Below the pieces are notes generated by a model that saw only the letters and a program-made list of their open reading frames with translations, was not told the origin of the DNA and did not search any database. From NCBI GenBank assembly GCA_024682255.1, contig GCA_024682255.1_4716.1: a DNA stretch of 64,000 nt; one strand, written 5' to 3'. Position numbers and translations under genes: made by a program. Numbering within the stretch: the stretch's first letter is position 1; each line of letters starts with the position of its first letter. Positions 19,770 to 29,859 of this stretch are shown piece by piece. The DNA comes from a phage.

Positions 19770-20090
19770 TTATCTTCCACCGCGCAATGACTTTACGTTG
19801 CGTGCAATAAAGGGCGCAACGTAATCACGGAAATTATGGATCCATCCTTTAATGGGTTGGTTGTCGAGTAAGCACTCACGTACCGAAAACGTACTTACTT
19901 CTAATACGCCGAACTGTAGTCGCCAATAGCGATTGATTTCAGCTTGGGTATGTTCTAATGTCATGTACTCAGGAACACGAGCCAATAGGTCGTGTTTAAA
20001 TTGCTCAGCAATTGCTGGTTGATGTGACGCAATTGTCTGCGTGATAACATCAATCAGTTCATGTGCATGCTTGATAGCAGGTGCGGTCAT
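19770..20090 (-). CDS. hypothetical protein
   Basis: Track ORF, 106 aa. Confidence 0.5.
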   Translation of the reverse strand: MTAPAIKHAHELIDVITQTIASHQPAIAEQFKHDLLARVPEYMTLEHTQAEINRYWRLQFGVLEVSTFSVRECLLDNQPIKGWIHNFRDYVAPFIARNVKSLRGGR

Positions 20091-20102
20091 TTATTTAGCC
20101 TT

Positions 20103-21593
20103 TTATTTTTTACTCGGACGATTTAATGCGGGTACCGGGTTCTTTGGTTGTTTTGTCTTTTCATCCATCCAGTACGGGAAGTACTCACCGGTACGCATAC
20201 GCAATAAGTCCATTGTAGACAAGAACGGCAGTGGGTTAGGATCGTCCAAATACGTCCAGTAACCACGCGTGTTTAACAATACATCCCAATCGAAACCTTT
20301 TGCTTTAAGATCGTCGTACAGTTCCTGTGGGGTGCAATACAGTTGTGGGTTTTCGTAAACCTCTTGACGCCAGAGATTATGCATCTGACACAGCTCCGAC
20401 GTGATTTCCAGAGCACGCTGTAAATACTCATCCTCTTCGCAGAGAGAACGAATGGTCGTACGCTGCAACGCAACATCCGGATAAATATCCAAGTATACCG
20501 TTGAAGCACCATCCGCTGATTTACCACCTGACGCATGCATACCCCAACCACGCATCCAATCTTTATCACGCAGGTAGTGGTATTCCGTTAATGATGGTTT
20601 AACCCCTTCGCTCTGACTAACCACAATCGGGAACGGTAAGCCGGTGGGTCCGTTTTTAGCGCGCATGTTAAAGACTTGGATCAACTGCAGATCGGTATCC
20701 CCGATAAGGTTGTCACCAGGCCCACGCGGATAAAGGACGCGTTTATCGGCGTTCTGAAGAATCGTCAGTTTATCGATTTTCCAGAGGTTATTCGTATAAA
20801 ACGTGAAGCGTTCCGGGACGTTCTTAAACTTCTCATCGCCCTTAAACCCTTTCAGTTTTCGTACCGGCTGCTGTCCCGGCATACCACCAACGTTTACACC
20901 ATCACCAAGGTGGGCGGTCATGGTAATGTAGATACCCGCCGACGCTGTGAGTACTGGCATCTGTGATAGAATCTGGCTTTTCGCTGCTGCTGAACGCATC
21001 GCTTCGGCATTCAGTTTTGCACCACCCGCGGTTTCTTTATCGAATAGTGCATCAACGGCATCGATTGGTAATCCAGAGAAACTGTCGATGAGCACAACGG
21101 TCGGCAACCACCAGGTATAGTTCTCACCATGTTTATTAATAAACGGAACGGCTTTGCGTTGAGATTTATCTTTGACCTTGTCGTCACGGAATTTCTTAAT
21201 CGCATCAAACCAAATGTTACCGCTCATCTGAACAGCATCGGTGATAAACACACGTTCTTCTTCGAAAAGATCGACACCTGCGATATTAGACATGTTCATC
21301 GCAAGCGTTAAGATACGTGTTGTCGTTAACGACATTTCTGTGTCGTAAACGCTACTATTGCTGTTTGCGTAACGATCGATAACGCGTAACAAGCGAAACA
21401 TTATGAACGTGGTTTTGTTCATGTTGCCGCGAGCGCCTGCGCCCTCAACAAGCATCATGCCGCCGTTACAAATGCTTTCACCGTGTTTACCGACATAGTA
21501 CCGACCACCAGATGTGGGAATATCCATTAAGCAACCAATGTTGAGATTAAAACGCATCTCTTCACCAGGAGAAAGGTACTTATTAAGATTCAT
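20103..21593 (-). CDS. RecA/UvsX-like recombinase-family ATPase
   Basis: Track ORF, 496 aa; deviant P-loop GAGARGNMNKTT; RecA-like Walker B VVLIDSFSGL (cf. IVVDSVAAL); following AEAMRSAAAKSQIL / IYITMTAHL segments align with RecA ARMMSQAMRKL / LIFINQIR. Confidence 0.5.
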   Translation of the reverse strand: MNLNKYLSPGEEMRFNLNIGCLMDIPTSGGRYYVGKHGESICNGGMMLVEGAGARGNMNKTTFIMFRLLRVIDRYANSNSSVYDTEMSLTTTRILTLAMNMSNIAGVDLFEEERVFITDAVQMSGNIWFDAIKKFRDDKVKDKSQRKAVPFINKHGENYTWWLPTVVLIDSFSGLPIDAVDALFDKETAGGAKLNAEAMRSAAAKSQILSQMPVLTASAGIYITMTAHLGDGVNVGGMPGQQPVRKLKGFKGDEKFKNVPERFTFYTNNLWKIDKLTILQNADKRVLYPRGPGDNLIGDTDLQLIQVFNMRAKNGPTGLPFPIVVSQSEGVKPSLTEYHYLRDKDWMRGWGMHASGGKSADGASTVYLDIYPDVALQRTTIRSLCEEDEYLQRALEITSELCQMHNLWRQEVYENPQLYCTPQELYDDLKAKGFDWDVLLNTRGYWTYLDDPNPLPFLSTMDLLRMRTGEYFPYWMDEKTKQPKNPVPALNRPSKK

Positions 21594-21691
21594 TGGGTAA
21601 AGACTCCTTCGATTCTTCGACTAATTCTTAGTGTTCAGAGAATAACTATTTTTAGTTAAGACTGACAACCGCTATTTCCACGAGGACAATC

Positions 21692-22534
21692 ATGCATAAA
21701 TTTACCATTCCTGAAGACCCGATTACACTGCAGACCCTTTGGGATTCACATCGTGCTTTATCAATGGAAGGCTTTGCGCAAGACTTCGCTTCACTTACCG
21801 CAGTAACGAATCTTCGCAGTATGTTTACCAATGGTAAGAAGTTTGTTACCGATTGGCTTAAGAAACGTGATGAGACGGTTTATCCTAAAGTTTTCGATGA
21901 CCTCGATACGATTTTTAGCAACAACGCTTACAGCGATCTCATTGGGTATCGTGCTTTTATTCCGAATGGTTTAAATGCGCCGATGTCAGATTATGTTGTT
22001 GCTTTAATCCAGAGTCTGGATAGCGTAATTGGCACCATCCTACCTGATTTGGATAAGTTGACCGTAACGTGCGCTAAAGCCGTCAACGACGTTAACTTCC
22101 GTCGCAGTAGTGGTATGGCTCAAACGCTACCTAAAAACGATCCAGAGAACGTTCTAGAGACGTTACGTGCGATGTTCAAACAAGGGACGGTAACACAGAC
22201 CACTGTAGGCCGTGCATATAAGAACGAAGATGATATTCGTCAGATCGGAAAAGATCTGGATGCTTCCCGTATCCGTGCGCTTGACGTTAATCCTAAAGAC
22301 GTGAAGAAGGCAATCGAACGTTTCATGGAAGTGGCTGACCGTTTAACCGAAATCCTGGTTCAAGACTACAATGAAGGTGCGGTGAGCAACGCGATGATTC
22401 GCGATATTAGCGACGCTATCTACCAAACAGCCAAGCAGGCTGAACTGTATGCGTTTCTCGTGAACGCTTTGGCTGAGGCGATCATCGCATATAACGACAC
22501 TTGGGACGCCGTTAAGAAGAACGCGAAAAAATAA
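21692..22534 (+). CDS. hypothetical protein
   Basis: Track ORF, 280 aa, ATG start; divergent from recA-like gene. Confidence 0.6.
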   Translation: MHKFTIPEDPITLQTLWDSHRALSMEGFAQDFASLTAVTNLRSMFTNGKKFVTDWLKKRDETVYPKVFDDLDTIFSNNAYSDLIGYRAFIPNGLNAPMSDYVVALIQSLDSVIGTILPDLDKLTVTCAKAVNDVNFRRSSGMAQTLPKNDPENVLETLRAMFKQGTVTQTTVGRAYKNEDDIRQIGKDLDASRIRALDVNPKDVKKAIERFMEVADRLTEILVQDYNEGAVSNAMIRDISDAIYQTAKQAELYAFLVNALAEAIIAYNDTWDAVKKNAKK

Positions 22535-22542
22535 CATAATAA

Positions 22543-22578
22543 CCCACCCTACTACCCCGTTAAGGGCGGTAGGGTGGG
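22543..22578. terminator. hairpin CCCACCCTAC ... GGGCGGTAGGGTGGG between convergent genes
   Basis: Imperfect ~12-bp GC-rich inverted repeat between stops at 22534 (+) and 22586 (-). Confidence 0.5.
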
Positions 22579-22585
22579 ATAAGGT

Positions 22586-23017
22586 TTATTTGCCGTATAG
22601 ATGTACCACTCGTTGTGTCGTAGGAACGCAGACTCTTACCAGAAGTTTCTTAATCTCCTGACGAATCGTTGCTTTATCGTCATAATAAAGCCACGGTGGA
22701 ACGCGCTGCATTATGCACTGCACGGCTTCATCGTAGTTCGCCGTCTCATTAAGTAACGTCTCACTATCCAGATCTTTCCATGCAGTAATACCAAGTCGCG
22801 CAGCAAACATCAACGCTGAAACCGACTCAGCTATCTCCAATCGCTCATTCATATCCGCAAGACCTTTTAGCATGATGTAATTATCATCATACTGATGTAA
22901 AGTGCCATACAAACTTCCGAAGAGAAGTATACGTTTAGCTTTTGCGGTTAAGAGGAACGACAGGAGAGCGTGTTTCAACGGTTGTTTCTCACGTTCTACC
23001 TGTTCGACCATCACCAT
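22586..23017 (-). CDS. hypothetical protein (weak nucleotidyltransferase-like GS..G..DD motif)
   Basis: Track ORF, 143 aa; LLFGSLYGTLHQYDDNY. Confidence 0.5.
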   Translation of the reverse strand: MVMVEQVEREKQPLKHALLSFLLTAKAKRILLFGSLYGTLHQYDDNYIMLKGLADMNERLEIAESVSALMFAARLGITAWKDLDSETLLNETANYDEAVQCIMQRVPPWLYYDDKATIRQEIKKLLVRVCVPTTQRVVHLYGK

Positions 23018-23020
23018 TGA

Positions 23021-24547
23021 TTACTCCAACACATAACGTGGGTTACTGTATATGTTAGCCCATATACCAACGTCGTCCCCCGACTCAATAATCACAGCGA
23101 AACGAAACGCAACATCAGACTCGCGATATGTTACCGCGTACGCTTTCGTTTCCGGTGATGCTAAATAGCTCAAGTTCAGGCGTTGAGGCAGGTCTAACCC
23201 CAAGGACATGGTACAAGACGTAACGCCCTGCTTATCAGGGTTCAGTCTGTAATTCACGTCCACCTTCAAGCTTTTCGTAACCTGCGTAATCGCACTATGC
23301 ACTTTGGTAACCGTTTTGCCTTTCTTATCCTTTTCTGTTTCGAAAAGAACGTCGGTAATTTCGGTTACGACCAGACGCGGTGTGGATTCGCGGTTAGCGT
23401 CAAGCCATTCATCCAGTAACGTCTTTAAGAAGTTCAAGGAATCAATCGCACGCCAAGCAAGGTTAGGCGGATTACATGCTTCCATTAAAATGGCTGTGTT
23501 CGATCCACCTAGCGGAAGATGCACGCTCTTACCGAGGCCTGTCGGACGCATCGTAAGATCGCACTCACCCTCAAGAATATCGCGATGATATTGACGATGA
23601 TGAAGGTTATCCGTGTATGCGATATACACTGACTCCGTTGTCCCATGCTCTAATACCCGAGATGCATGCGTACGCATAATCTCAACAGCATCATCCGGCT
23701 TGCTTAGATAGATAACACTGTACGCACTATCGCTAATCCTTTTCCCTAACTCAAGACGTCCCTTGTTGTCTTTATCGGTGTTACCACCGAAATAGATGTA
23801 GCGGCCATCTTTCGCACGCTCTTGCTGCTGGTTGGTGGTAAAGTAGCAGCGTGAGAACGTAAAGAACGGGCTTATTTCCGGTTCGGGGCTCCAATACCCC
23901 TTAGCCGGAAGTTCGCGGCGTATTTGGGTTCTTACAGCCCAGTCCTGGTTTTGTGACAGATATGTTCCACGCGTTGCCAGCATATCCGCACGTTCGTTAC
24001 CAACATTGCCCTCATGTCCAGGAACGTAGCGCAGCGAAATATCGATAGCGTCGCGCTTCGCATCCCTTATCGCGCTATCGAGTTTCCGCCACCGTTCCGC
24101 ATTCATTAACGGTTTATTGTCGGATTTAACCCAGTTGTTCTCTCGCCAGTTAGCAAGATGGTTGGTGGCACCTACAACAACATATTGGCTGTCCGACAAC
24201 AGCTGGATCCGTTTTGCCCCCTTTGCTTTTCCAAGTTCAATCGCACGTATTGCGGCATCCAACTCAGCCTGATTGTTCGTTACATTGAAACCCAAAGCCT
24301 CTAACTCATCCACGTATTCCTTGGGTTCGACCAGCACAGCGTCTTTAGGAAAGTCGAGTTTAGGGTCAACATAACCGTATTGCGTTGGTTTGGGCTTCCC
24401 ACTTTTTGAGGGTTCCAAGGTGCCTTTTATTTCTTTCACCATATCGTAGGTGTAGCCGTGCACGCCGTAACCACCATACCCACTCGATGTTGGACGGGAT
24501 CCTCCATCGCAGTAGAAAACGGCACCCAGCTCAGTATTTCCTGCCAT
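23021..24547 (-). CDS. RNase H (RNase HI-like) domain protein with ~300-aa C-terminal extension of unknown function
   Basis: Track ORF 23021..24559; likely start is the second ATG (24545-24547, GAGG SD). Motifs CDGG..GYG, TNNQAELDAAIRAIE, SDSQYVV, HEGNVGNERADMLA. Confidence 0.7.
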   Translation of the reverse strand: MAGNTELGAVFYCDGGSRPTSSGYGGYGVHGYTYDMVKEIKGTLEPSKSGKPKPTQYGYVDPKLDFPKDAVLVEPKEYVDELEALGFNVTNNQAELDAAIRAIELGKAKGAKRIQLLSDSQYVVVGATNHLANWRENNWVKSDNKPLMNAERWRKLDSAIRDAKRDAIDISLRYVPGHEGNVGNERADMLATRGTYLSQNQDWAVRTQIRRELPAKGYWSPEPEISPFFTFSRCYFTTNQQQERAKDGRYIYFGGNTDKDNKGRLELGKRISDSAYSVIYLSKPDDAVEIMRTHASRVLEHGTTESVYIAYTDNLHHRQYHRDILEGECDLTMRPTGLGKSVHLPLGGSNTAILMEACNPPNLAWRAIDSLNFLKTLLDEWLDANRESTPRLVVTEITDVLFETEKDKKGKTVTKVHSAITQVTKSLKVDVNYRLNPDKQGVTSCTMSLGLDLPQRLNLSYLASPETKAYAVTYRESDVAFRFAVIIESGDDVGIWANIYSNPRYVLE

Positions 24548-24597
24548 TGTAAACCTCATTAATCATTGTCCGTATGATAGCCCAAAGTTGTACGGTA

Positions 24598-25149
24598 TTA
24601 CCGATTACCGTCGGTTGACGTCGGTTGATCGCGATTGACTTTCATTGACTGCAGTTTTCCACCGTTAATTACGCATTGATTGCGTTGTTTGGCGGAGGTC
24701 AGACTATTACAGACGTAATAGGTATCGATAAAACGTTCAACGCGTTCTTGAAACTCCCTCTCGTCAACTTTCTCTTTTTCAAAAGTTCGTAACGCTCGAT
24801 CAACCTCACCCTGGAGAATCCGGTTCTGTTCAACCATACTGTCGATTAAACGGCCTCGTACTTCGTTCGATGTGTAGAGTTGACGAATCAGTTCTCGGTT
24901 GGTGTCTCGCGCATAACGCAATGTTGCATTTTCCTGACGTAAACTCGTCACGTCAGCCATCAAGGTAATGATTTTTTCGCCAGCGAATAACGTCACGATA
25001 CCCAATACGATGAAAAAGCCCGTAATCAAGAATATCGAGGACTGTCGGGCTCCATCTCGACGATAGCGTGTGGGCGGTCGCTTACTTCGCCGAAACAACT
25101 CGCGAAGAAAAGGGAAAAGCCAGGGCAACGCCTTGAGTGTAGTAAACAT
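24598..25149 (-). CDS. membrane protein with N-terminal TM helix and coiled-coil (spanin-like architecture)
   Basis: Track ORF 24598..25293 trimmed to ATG 25147-25149 (MFTTLKALPWLF..); TM segment SSIFLITGFFIVLGIVTLFAG followed by heptad-rich region. Confidence 0.45.
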   Translation of the reverse strand: MFTTLKALPWLFPFLRELFRRSKRPPTRYRRDGARQSSIFLITGFFIVLGIVTLFAGEKIITLMADVTSLRQENATLRYARDTNRELIRQLYTSNEVRGRLIDSMVEQNRILQGEVDRALRTFEKEKVDEREFQERVERFIDTYYVCNSLTSAKQRNQCVINGGKLQSMKVNRDQPTSTDGNR

Positions 25150-25203
25150 GCGTGTGTCCTTGATAGTATGAAATTTCCAATACAACTTAACCGAGGACGT
25201 CGA

Positions 25204-26544
25204 ATGATTAGTATTTTTGGTTTTTATACGTACAAAGGGTACGCTAATAACCACCCAAAAACCACGGCGAAATTCGGTGAGTTCAGTCAGCACAGTGCTA
25301 CGTTCAGTCGCGAAATCGGCATCTATACCAACACGGCGTACGCACGTACGACCTTATTAGTGTTGAATGCCGAAAACGAAGCTGGTGAAGCACAAACGCT
25401 GAATGACGACACCGCAGGCCGCATTCTTCAGGTTGGTCAATGGTTGCTGGAAAAAGCCGCATCGGGCGAAATCCAGGAAGACCGAGACCAAGTTATCAGT
25501 TACCTAAAAGACGACTTCACAACGTATCTGGATTCTATCGACATCCCAACACCCACCACCGATGGTACAGTCTATCTACCGGCGTGGATCAGTTTCAAGA
25601 TAACCGCCACCGGCGATGTTGTCAAGATTTGGTTGTCTGATAGCGTATTCCAAAGTCAATATCCAAAATACGAATATGAAGTCGTTCCCCCTGTTCCTAA
25701 GGATCAGTTAGACACCTTCTTCGAAGATCTGGCAACATTGAAGAAACTGGTTGACAGTCGAAGCAGCGAGAAACTGACCGAAGAAATCAACGAGGTGCGC
25801 GACCAATTCCCAGACACACAATTGTGGACGAAAACCTATAAAGCGTACGATTACACCGACGATTCGAAATACATTAATACCGATTGGACGGTGATTATCT
25901 ACGGTGCAGCAGGTAACAACATTGATAATATCAAGGAGTTCCTGCAAAACTGGATTCTTAGCAATAGCACACACGGACGTCCAGACTGGGAAATCGTTCT
26001 GCCGGATCTTTTTATTCCGACAGAACACATCTTCATCCCGATCTGGAACCGCCACAGTGCGCCAGAGATGACCAATCAGGCACGTATCTATAGTCCTATC
26101 TTCGATGATTCGTTGATGGATACCTACCTGAAAAACTTTGCTGACGGTTACGGTGAAACCGCCGAAGTCCGTAAATCGCTTCAAGCGGTGCCGACGTTGT
26201 GGCGTTCGATCGGTTTCTTAAGTGTTGGTAACTCACGTAACCGTGACGGTAAACTTAAGTTCTACGATCGTTGGCCGCAATACGCGCTCATCAGCACAAC
26301 CAGCATTGATATTAACCGTATCGACGACGCGACACGTGAATTCATCACGTTCACTTACGAAATGCTGAAACTGGCAGAATCGCTCACCGAAGACGACCCG
26401 GTACCGTTGGGTTATAGTCGTGTTACGCGTGGTAGCAATAGCTTCTTAGCGAAAAGCCACAACGATGTTCAGTATCTCTTCTTGACAAAAGAAGCGTTCC
26501 TGAAGAAAATGCCGGATGAAGCCGACACGCCTGTTGGAGGTTGA
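25204..26544 (+). CDS. hypothetical protein
   Basis: Track ORF 25168..26544; second ATG (25204) has GAGGA SD. Confidence 0.6.
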   Translation: MISIFGFYTYKGYANNHPKTTAKFGEFSQHSATFSREIGIYTNTAYARTTLLVLNAENEAGEAQTLNDDTAGRILQVGQWLLEKAASGEIQEDRDQVISYLKDDFTTYLDSIDIPTPTTDGTVYLPAWISFKITATGDVVKIWLSDSVFQSQYPKYEYEVVPPVPKDQLDTFFEDLATLKKLVDSRSSEKLTEEINEVRDQFPDTQLWTKTYKAYDYTDDSKYINTDWTVIIYGAAGNNIDNIKEFLQNWILSNSTHGRPDWEIVLPDLFIPTEHIFIPIWNRHSAPEMTNQARIYSPIFDDSLMDTYLKNFADGYGETAEVRKSLQAVPTLWRSIGFLSVGNSRNRDGKLKFYDRWPQYALISTTSIDINRIDDATREFITFTYEMLKLAESLTEDDPVPLGYSRVTRGSNSFLAKSHNDVQYLFLTKEAFLKKMPDEADTPVGG

Positions 26545-27173
26545 TTATGGCTGTAACACGCATGACGCCAAGTCCCGGTGCGGTCGGGGTATTCACAGTA
26601 TCAGCGCCGTTTACCGTTGGTGCGTCGACGCTATATACCGTTACAGCGTTGCGAAGATTTAGCGAAGTCATCGGTAGTGGAATCGACCTATTTACGGAAC
26701 TGTACGAACCGTTATCGATAGACAAATCCACTTTCGAAGCGCATCTCGAAGCGAATGCTTATCTCGTCACGTTGCAACCGGATTATGGTGCGCCCGTACT
26801 GGTACCCGACACGTATATCACGTCGTACCCAAAGAACGATTCCTTGCGGTATCGTCGCATTATTCTGGGTATCGATTTCGGGCCTCTTCCTCCCGGTCTT
26901 GACCTTTCGTATTTAACAACAATATTGAAAGGTAAGGCCAGTGATATTCTTGGTGTCGAACCTGAAGTTAAAACGATGGAAATCACTCTCGATGATACCG
27001 TTACTCAGGGACAACATCAGATAAACGAAGCCCGTCGTCAGGCTGCGATAAAAGAGCGGGATACCATTTACGCACGCTGTGAAACGCAAGAGAAGCAGAT
27101 AACGGCTTTACTTGCAACCCAAAAGCAACTTATCAAATTGCTTCAAGACGCCGGTATCAATCCGACACCTTAA
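26541..27173 (+). CDS. hypothetical protein
   Basis: Track ORF, 210 aa; start overlaps upstream stop. Confidence 0.55.
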   Translation: MIMAVTRMTPSPGAVGVFTVSAPFTVGASTLYTVTALRRFSEVIGSGIDLFTELYEPLSIDKSTFEAHLEANAYLVTLQPDYGAPVLVPDTYITSYPKNDSLRYRRIILGIDFGPLPPGLDLSYLTTILKGKASDILGVEPEVKTMEITLDDTVTQGQHQINEARRQAAIKERDTIYARCETQEKQITALLATQKQLIKLLQDAGINPTP

Positions 27174-27179
27174 CATATT

Positions 27180-27211
27180 CCCTCCTCCTTCCCTGTTGGG
27201 TTGGAGGAGGG
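27180..27211. repeat. GGAGG-family hairpin repeat (reverse orientation copy): CCCTCCTCC-TT-CCC-TGTT-GGG-TT-GGAGGAGGG
   Basis: Reverse complement is identical to the core of the copies at ~43048 and ~55009. Confidence 0.6.
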
Positions 27212-27225
27212 TTATGCCGTCAAGC

Positions 27226-27275
27226 AAAAAAAAAAAATGATAGTCACAGGCTCTCCAATGAAGGAGAGCCGTGAC
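27226..27275 (-). terminator. rho-independent-type terminator for gene 27283..27984 (13-bp stem GTCACGGCTCTCC + T12 on minus strand)
   Basis: Hairpin ~27243-27275 directly after the stop, followed on the minus strand by a 12-nt T run (A12 on plus strand, ~27226-27237). Confidence 0.6.
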
Positions 27276-27282
27276 CGTCAGT

Positions 27283-27984
27283 TTAGGATGCGGATAATCT
27301 CGCGTACTTCTGACGAACATGGTTCTTACGGCGAACTTCGTCGTCCTCGTCACGCCATTCGAGGTAAGCAACGAATCGACGTAACTGCGCCGCCGTCATC
27401 GTTGACGAGCGGTCTTCTACGTCCAGAACAACGTAACGAACATCACCAACATCATCGCAATCAACGTAACTGAATACCAAAAGACCATCACCATATTCAA
27501 CGATGGTAACTTCGAATCGTTTATCGAACAAATAAAACAGTTCCGATTCAATGATCATTGGAATGACGCATAAATCGGCACGATTGAGGATTTCCATCAT
27601 CACCCGTAACGCGCGAGGAGTATGACGAGCGAACTGGTCGTTAAAACGTTGTTTCATCGCTTGTTCCACGCCATCTGTTTTTGTTCCAAACCACGGACGT
27701 ACTACAGATTTCGGTGGTGTAAGACGAAAGCGATATGCTTGTATAAACAACAGAATATCAGCGACGTTGGGAAATTCTTCCTGGTCTTCGTATATCTTGC
27801 GGATAATATCCGGAATCGTAACCATCAAGTATTTCTTATCGCCTCCCACTTTCTCGAGATTAGCAATATGTCCTTCTACCACCGGCTGGTAAACGAAATT
27901 ATACCAATGACGGTATCTTTCGGTACGTTGGTAGTTTGGGATAAAATTAAGAATAATACTCACTGCGCGTTTTAACGGGTTCAT
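27283..27984 (-). CDS. hypothetical protein
   Basis: Track ORF, 233 aa. Confidence 0.6.
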   Translation of the reverse strand: MNPLKRAVSIILNFIPNYQRTERYRHWYNFVYQPVVEGHIANLEKVGGDKKYLMVTIPDIIRKIYEDQEEFPNVADILLFIQAYRFRLTPPKSVVRPWFGTKTDGVEQAMKQRFNDQFARHTPRALRVMMEILNRADLCVIPMIIESELFYLFDKRFEVTIVEYGDGLLVFSYVDCDDVGDVRYVVLDVEDRSSTMTAAQLRRFVAYLEWRDEDDEVRRKNHVRQKYARLSAS

Positions 27985-27998
27985 CGAAAGGATCCTTC

Positions 27999-28433
27999 TT
28001 ATGTTTTAATATGCACATCGTCAATCCCCTCGGTAATCCAGCCGATGGGAAGGACAATCGTTGTTATCGTGTTATGGGTGTAATGATTGAGAAAATGGAA
28101 ATAGTAATTTTTGTTAGACTGTTCAATCCGCAGGTCGAGGTGCGCGTCTTCAGGTAACCGTAACCATGCACCGTACAGTTCATTAAACTTACGCTGAATT
28201 TTACCGGGGTTCATTGGAACCCCACGACCACGACGATGTAGCTGACGTAATGATTCAATCAAACACTCAGAGATACCCGTTGTCGTTCCGTTATCGCTTG
28301 TATCAATAACGATGAACTCTCGTGACCCACGACCGAGATAAAAGCCAGCGACAAAAGCTGCAGCAACAAAAATTATCGTACCGATACCAATATACCAATA
28401 GTAAGTATCCATAACGACCTCACTTATACCCAA
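27999..28433 (-). CDS. membrane protein (N-terminal TM helix)
   Basis: Track ORF, 144 aa; YYWYIGIGTIIFVAAAFVAGFYLG. Confidence 0.5.
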   Translation of the reverse strand: MGISEVVMDTYYWYIGIGTIIFVAAAFVAGFYLGRGSREFIVIDTSDNGTTTGISECLIESLRQLHRRGRGVPMNPGKIQRKFNELYGAWLRLPEDAHLDLRIEQSNKNYYFHFLNHYTHNTITTIVLPIGWITEGIDDVHIKT

Positions 28434-28999
28434 TAATCGGCAAGCGGTTTTACCTTATTAATGGGCAACTGTACTTTACCGATGTTCTCTACACCCGCAT
28501 CCGCGTAGAGAACAATTTTATCGTCGTCTCTTTCCCAACGAATAATGAATCGACCAGGAAGAAGATTACTCTGTTCAAGAGACGCAGTAACCTGTTGTGT
28601 TAATACAGACAACCAAGCAGGCATCAGTGTTGCAATGTCTAAGTCATTTGACCATTCAGCACGTTGCTCCACTGGGCGTAACATACGTTCGACGGTGCGT
28701 TGAACCGTTGCGGTGATATAGCCTTTATCTTCGTCACTGATTGGATCAGGGCGAGACACGAAACGTTCAGCAGGTTTACGGGAAATATGCTCATGTAAAT
28801 CGATGAGTGGTGTTGTCATAGTACTCGCTCCATCAGAATGTAATTGGGTAACCCGTAGGGTTGTCTGCATGCTATTCAGAAGCGCAAAAGCGCCATAAAC
28901 AACAACGATACCAAGTATAGCCAAAACAGAAATCATTAACGTGTATTGCATTGTCATCTCCCCTACATACGCATCTTGAAGATCGGTTAAAAACAACAA
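28424..28999 (-). CDS. membrane protein (N-terminal TM helix)
   Basis: Track ORF, 191 aa; MQYTLMISVLAILGIVVVYGAFALL. Confidence 0.5.
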   Translation of the reverse strand: MLFLTDLQDAYVGEMTMQYTLMISVLAILGIVVVYGAFALLNSMQTTLRVTQLHSDGASTMTTPLIDLHEHISRKPAERFVSRPDPISDEDKGYITATVQRTVERMLRPVEQRAEWSNDLDIATLMPAWLSVLTQQVTASLEQSNLLPGRFIIRWERDDDKIVLYADAGVENIGKVQLPINKVKPLADYWV

Positions 29000-29052
29000 A
29001 AGAAAAAACGATATAAAGCAAGGTCCTCTGATATCAGAGGACCTTGGATCAA

Positions 29053-29709
29053 TCAGCTTGCAGCTTCTTCATTTGTATCAGGTTTGCTTCCCCCTAACAA
29101 ACCGTCAAATAGACCCGTATGTTTCAGGTAGAAGAGAGCGATAGCGCCCATTGCTGCTGCGCTCGTCGCCGTTAACGCAACCCCAGCACGATACTGCCAT
29201 TTACGGTCAGGCTTTTGATCAAGCGCCATACGTCGCATGTATTCAGCCTCTGCTTCATTCCGATGAATTTCGGATTCAGCCAAGCGGGCTAAGGTATCGC
29301 GGTCAAGGTTATCATAACGTACGTTCATGGTGGTTTCCTCTTGTTTGGAAGTTGATTGCTTAGTGGATTCTTGGTCAACAGTCGTTTCAGTTGGTTCAAA
29401 CGGCTGGTTGTTCATTTTCTGATCTTTATTGGTCATGATAGACTCCTTCGATTTTTGAGACGAAATTGATTTAAACCATCGTGGATGGCGGTATTCAGTT
29501 TTACATGTACAGTTAAGTTTCTCGTGCAGAAAAGCGTAAAAACGTTTTGCGCCTACACGTAAGGCTTTCAGCATTACCCATCCACGAGCACTCAAACGGT
29601 GTAGCTGTTGCGGTATGTCTAGTTTCCTAGCCAAGCGAAAGTATCTTTCAATCACTTCGATAGGAAACCATTGTTGTTCCACATCGGTGAGACTGAAAGT
29701 CTTATCCAT
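29053..29709 (-). CDS. hypothetical protein with C-terminal TM anchor
   Basis: Track ORF, 218 aa; C-terminal AGVALTATSAAAMGAIALFYL. Confidence 0.55.
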   Translation of the reverse strand: MDKTFSLTDVEQQWFPIEVIERYFRLARKLDIPQQLHRLSARGWVMLKALRVGAKRFYAFLHEKLNCTCKTEYRHPRWFKSISSQKSKESIMTNKDQKMNNQPFEPTETTVDQESTKQSTSKQEETTMNVRYDNLDRDTLARLAESEIHRNEAEAEYMRRMALDQKPDRKWQYRAGVALTATSAAAMGAIALFYLKHTGLFDGLLGGSKPDTNEEAAS

Positions 29710-29734
29710 GAATGAAATCTCGCTGGCTTACTTC

Positions 29735-29757
29735 ACTTAAGTAATATAGCCGTGAAA
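29735..29757. promoter_or_regulatory. promoter-like motif copy 2: CTTAAGTAATATAGCCGTGAAA
   Basis: Shares GTAATATAGCCGTGAAA with the copy at ~42294; 31 nt from the ATG of 29053..29709 (-) and ~110 nt from the ATG of 29860..30636 (+). Confidence 0.4.
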
Positions 29758-29859
29758 AATGATGGAATAAGTTAAATACCGCAACCGCCGCTAATTTTAT
29801 AGGCTTTTAGCCTAAACCAATCATCTTCGGAATCATCATCTTTGAAACAGGAACCTATC

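Noticed and set aside
27201-27473. Track ORF 27201..27473 (+) as a gene
   Set aside because: It overlaps two terminator hairpins and the 3' end of 27283..27984 on the opposite strand; no SD.
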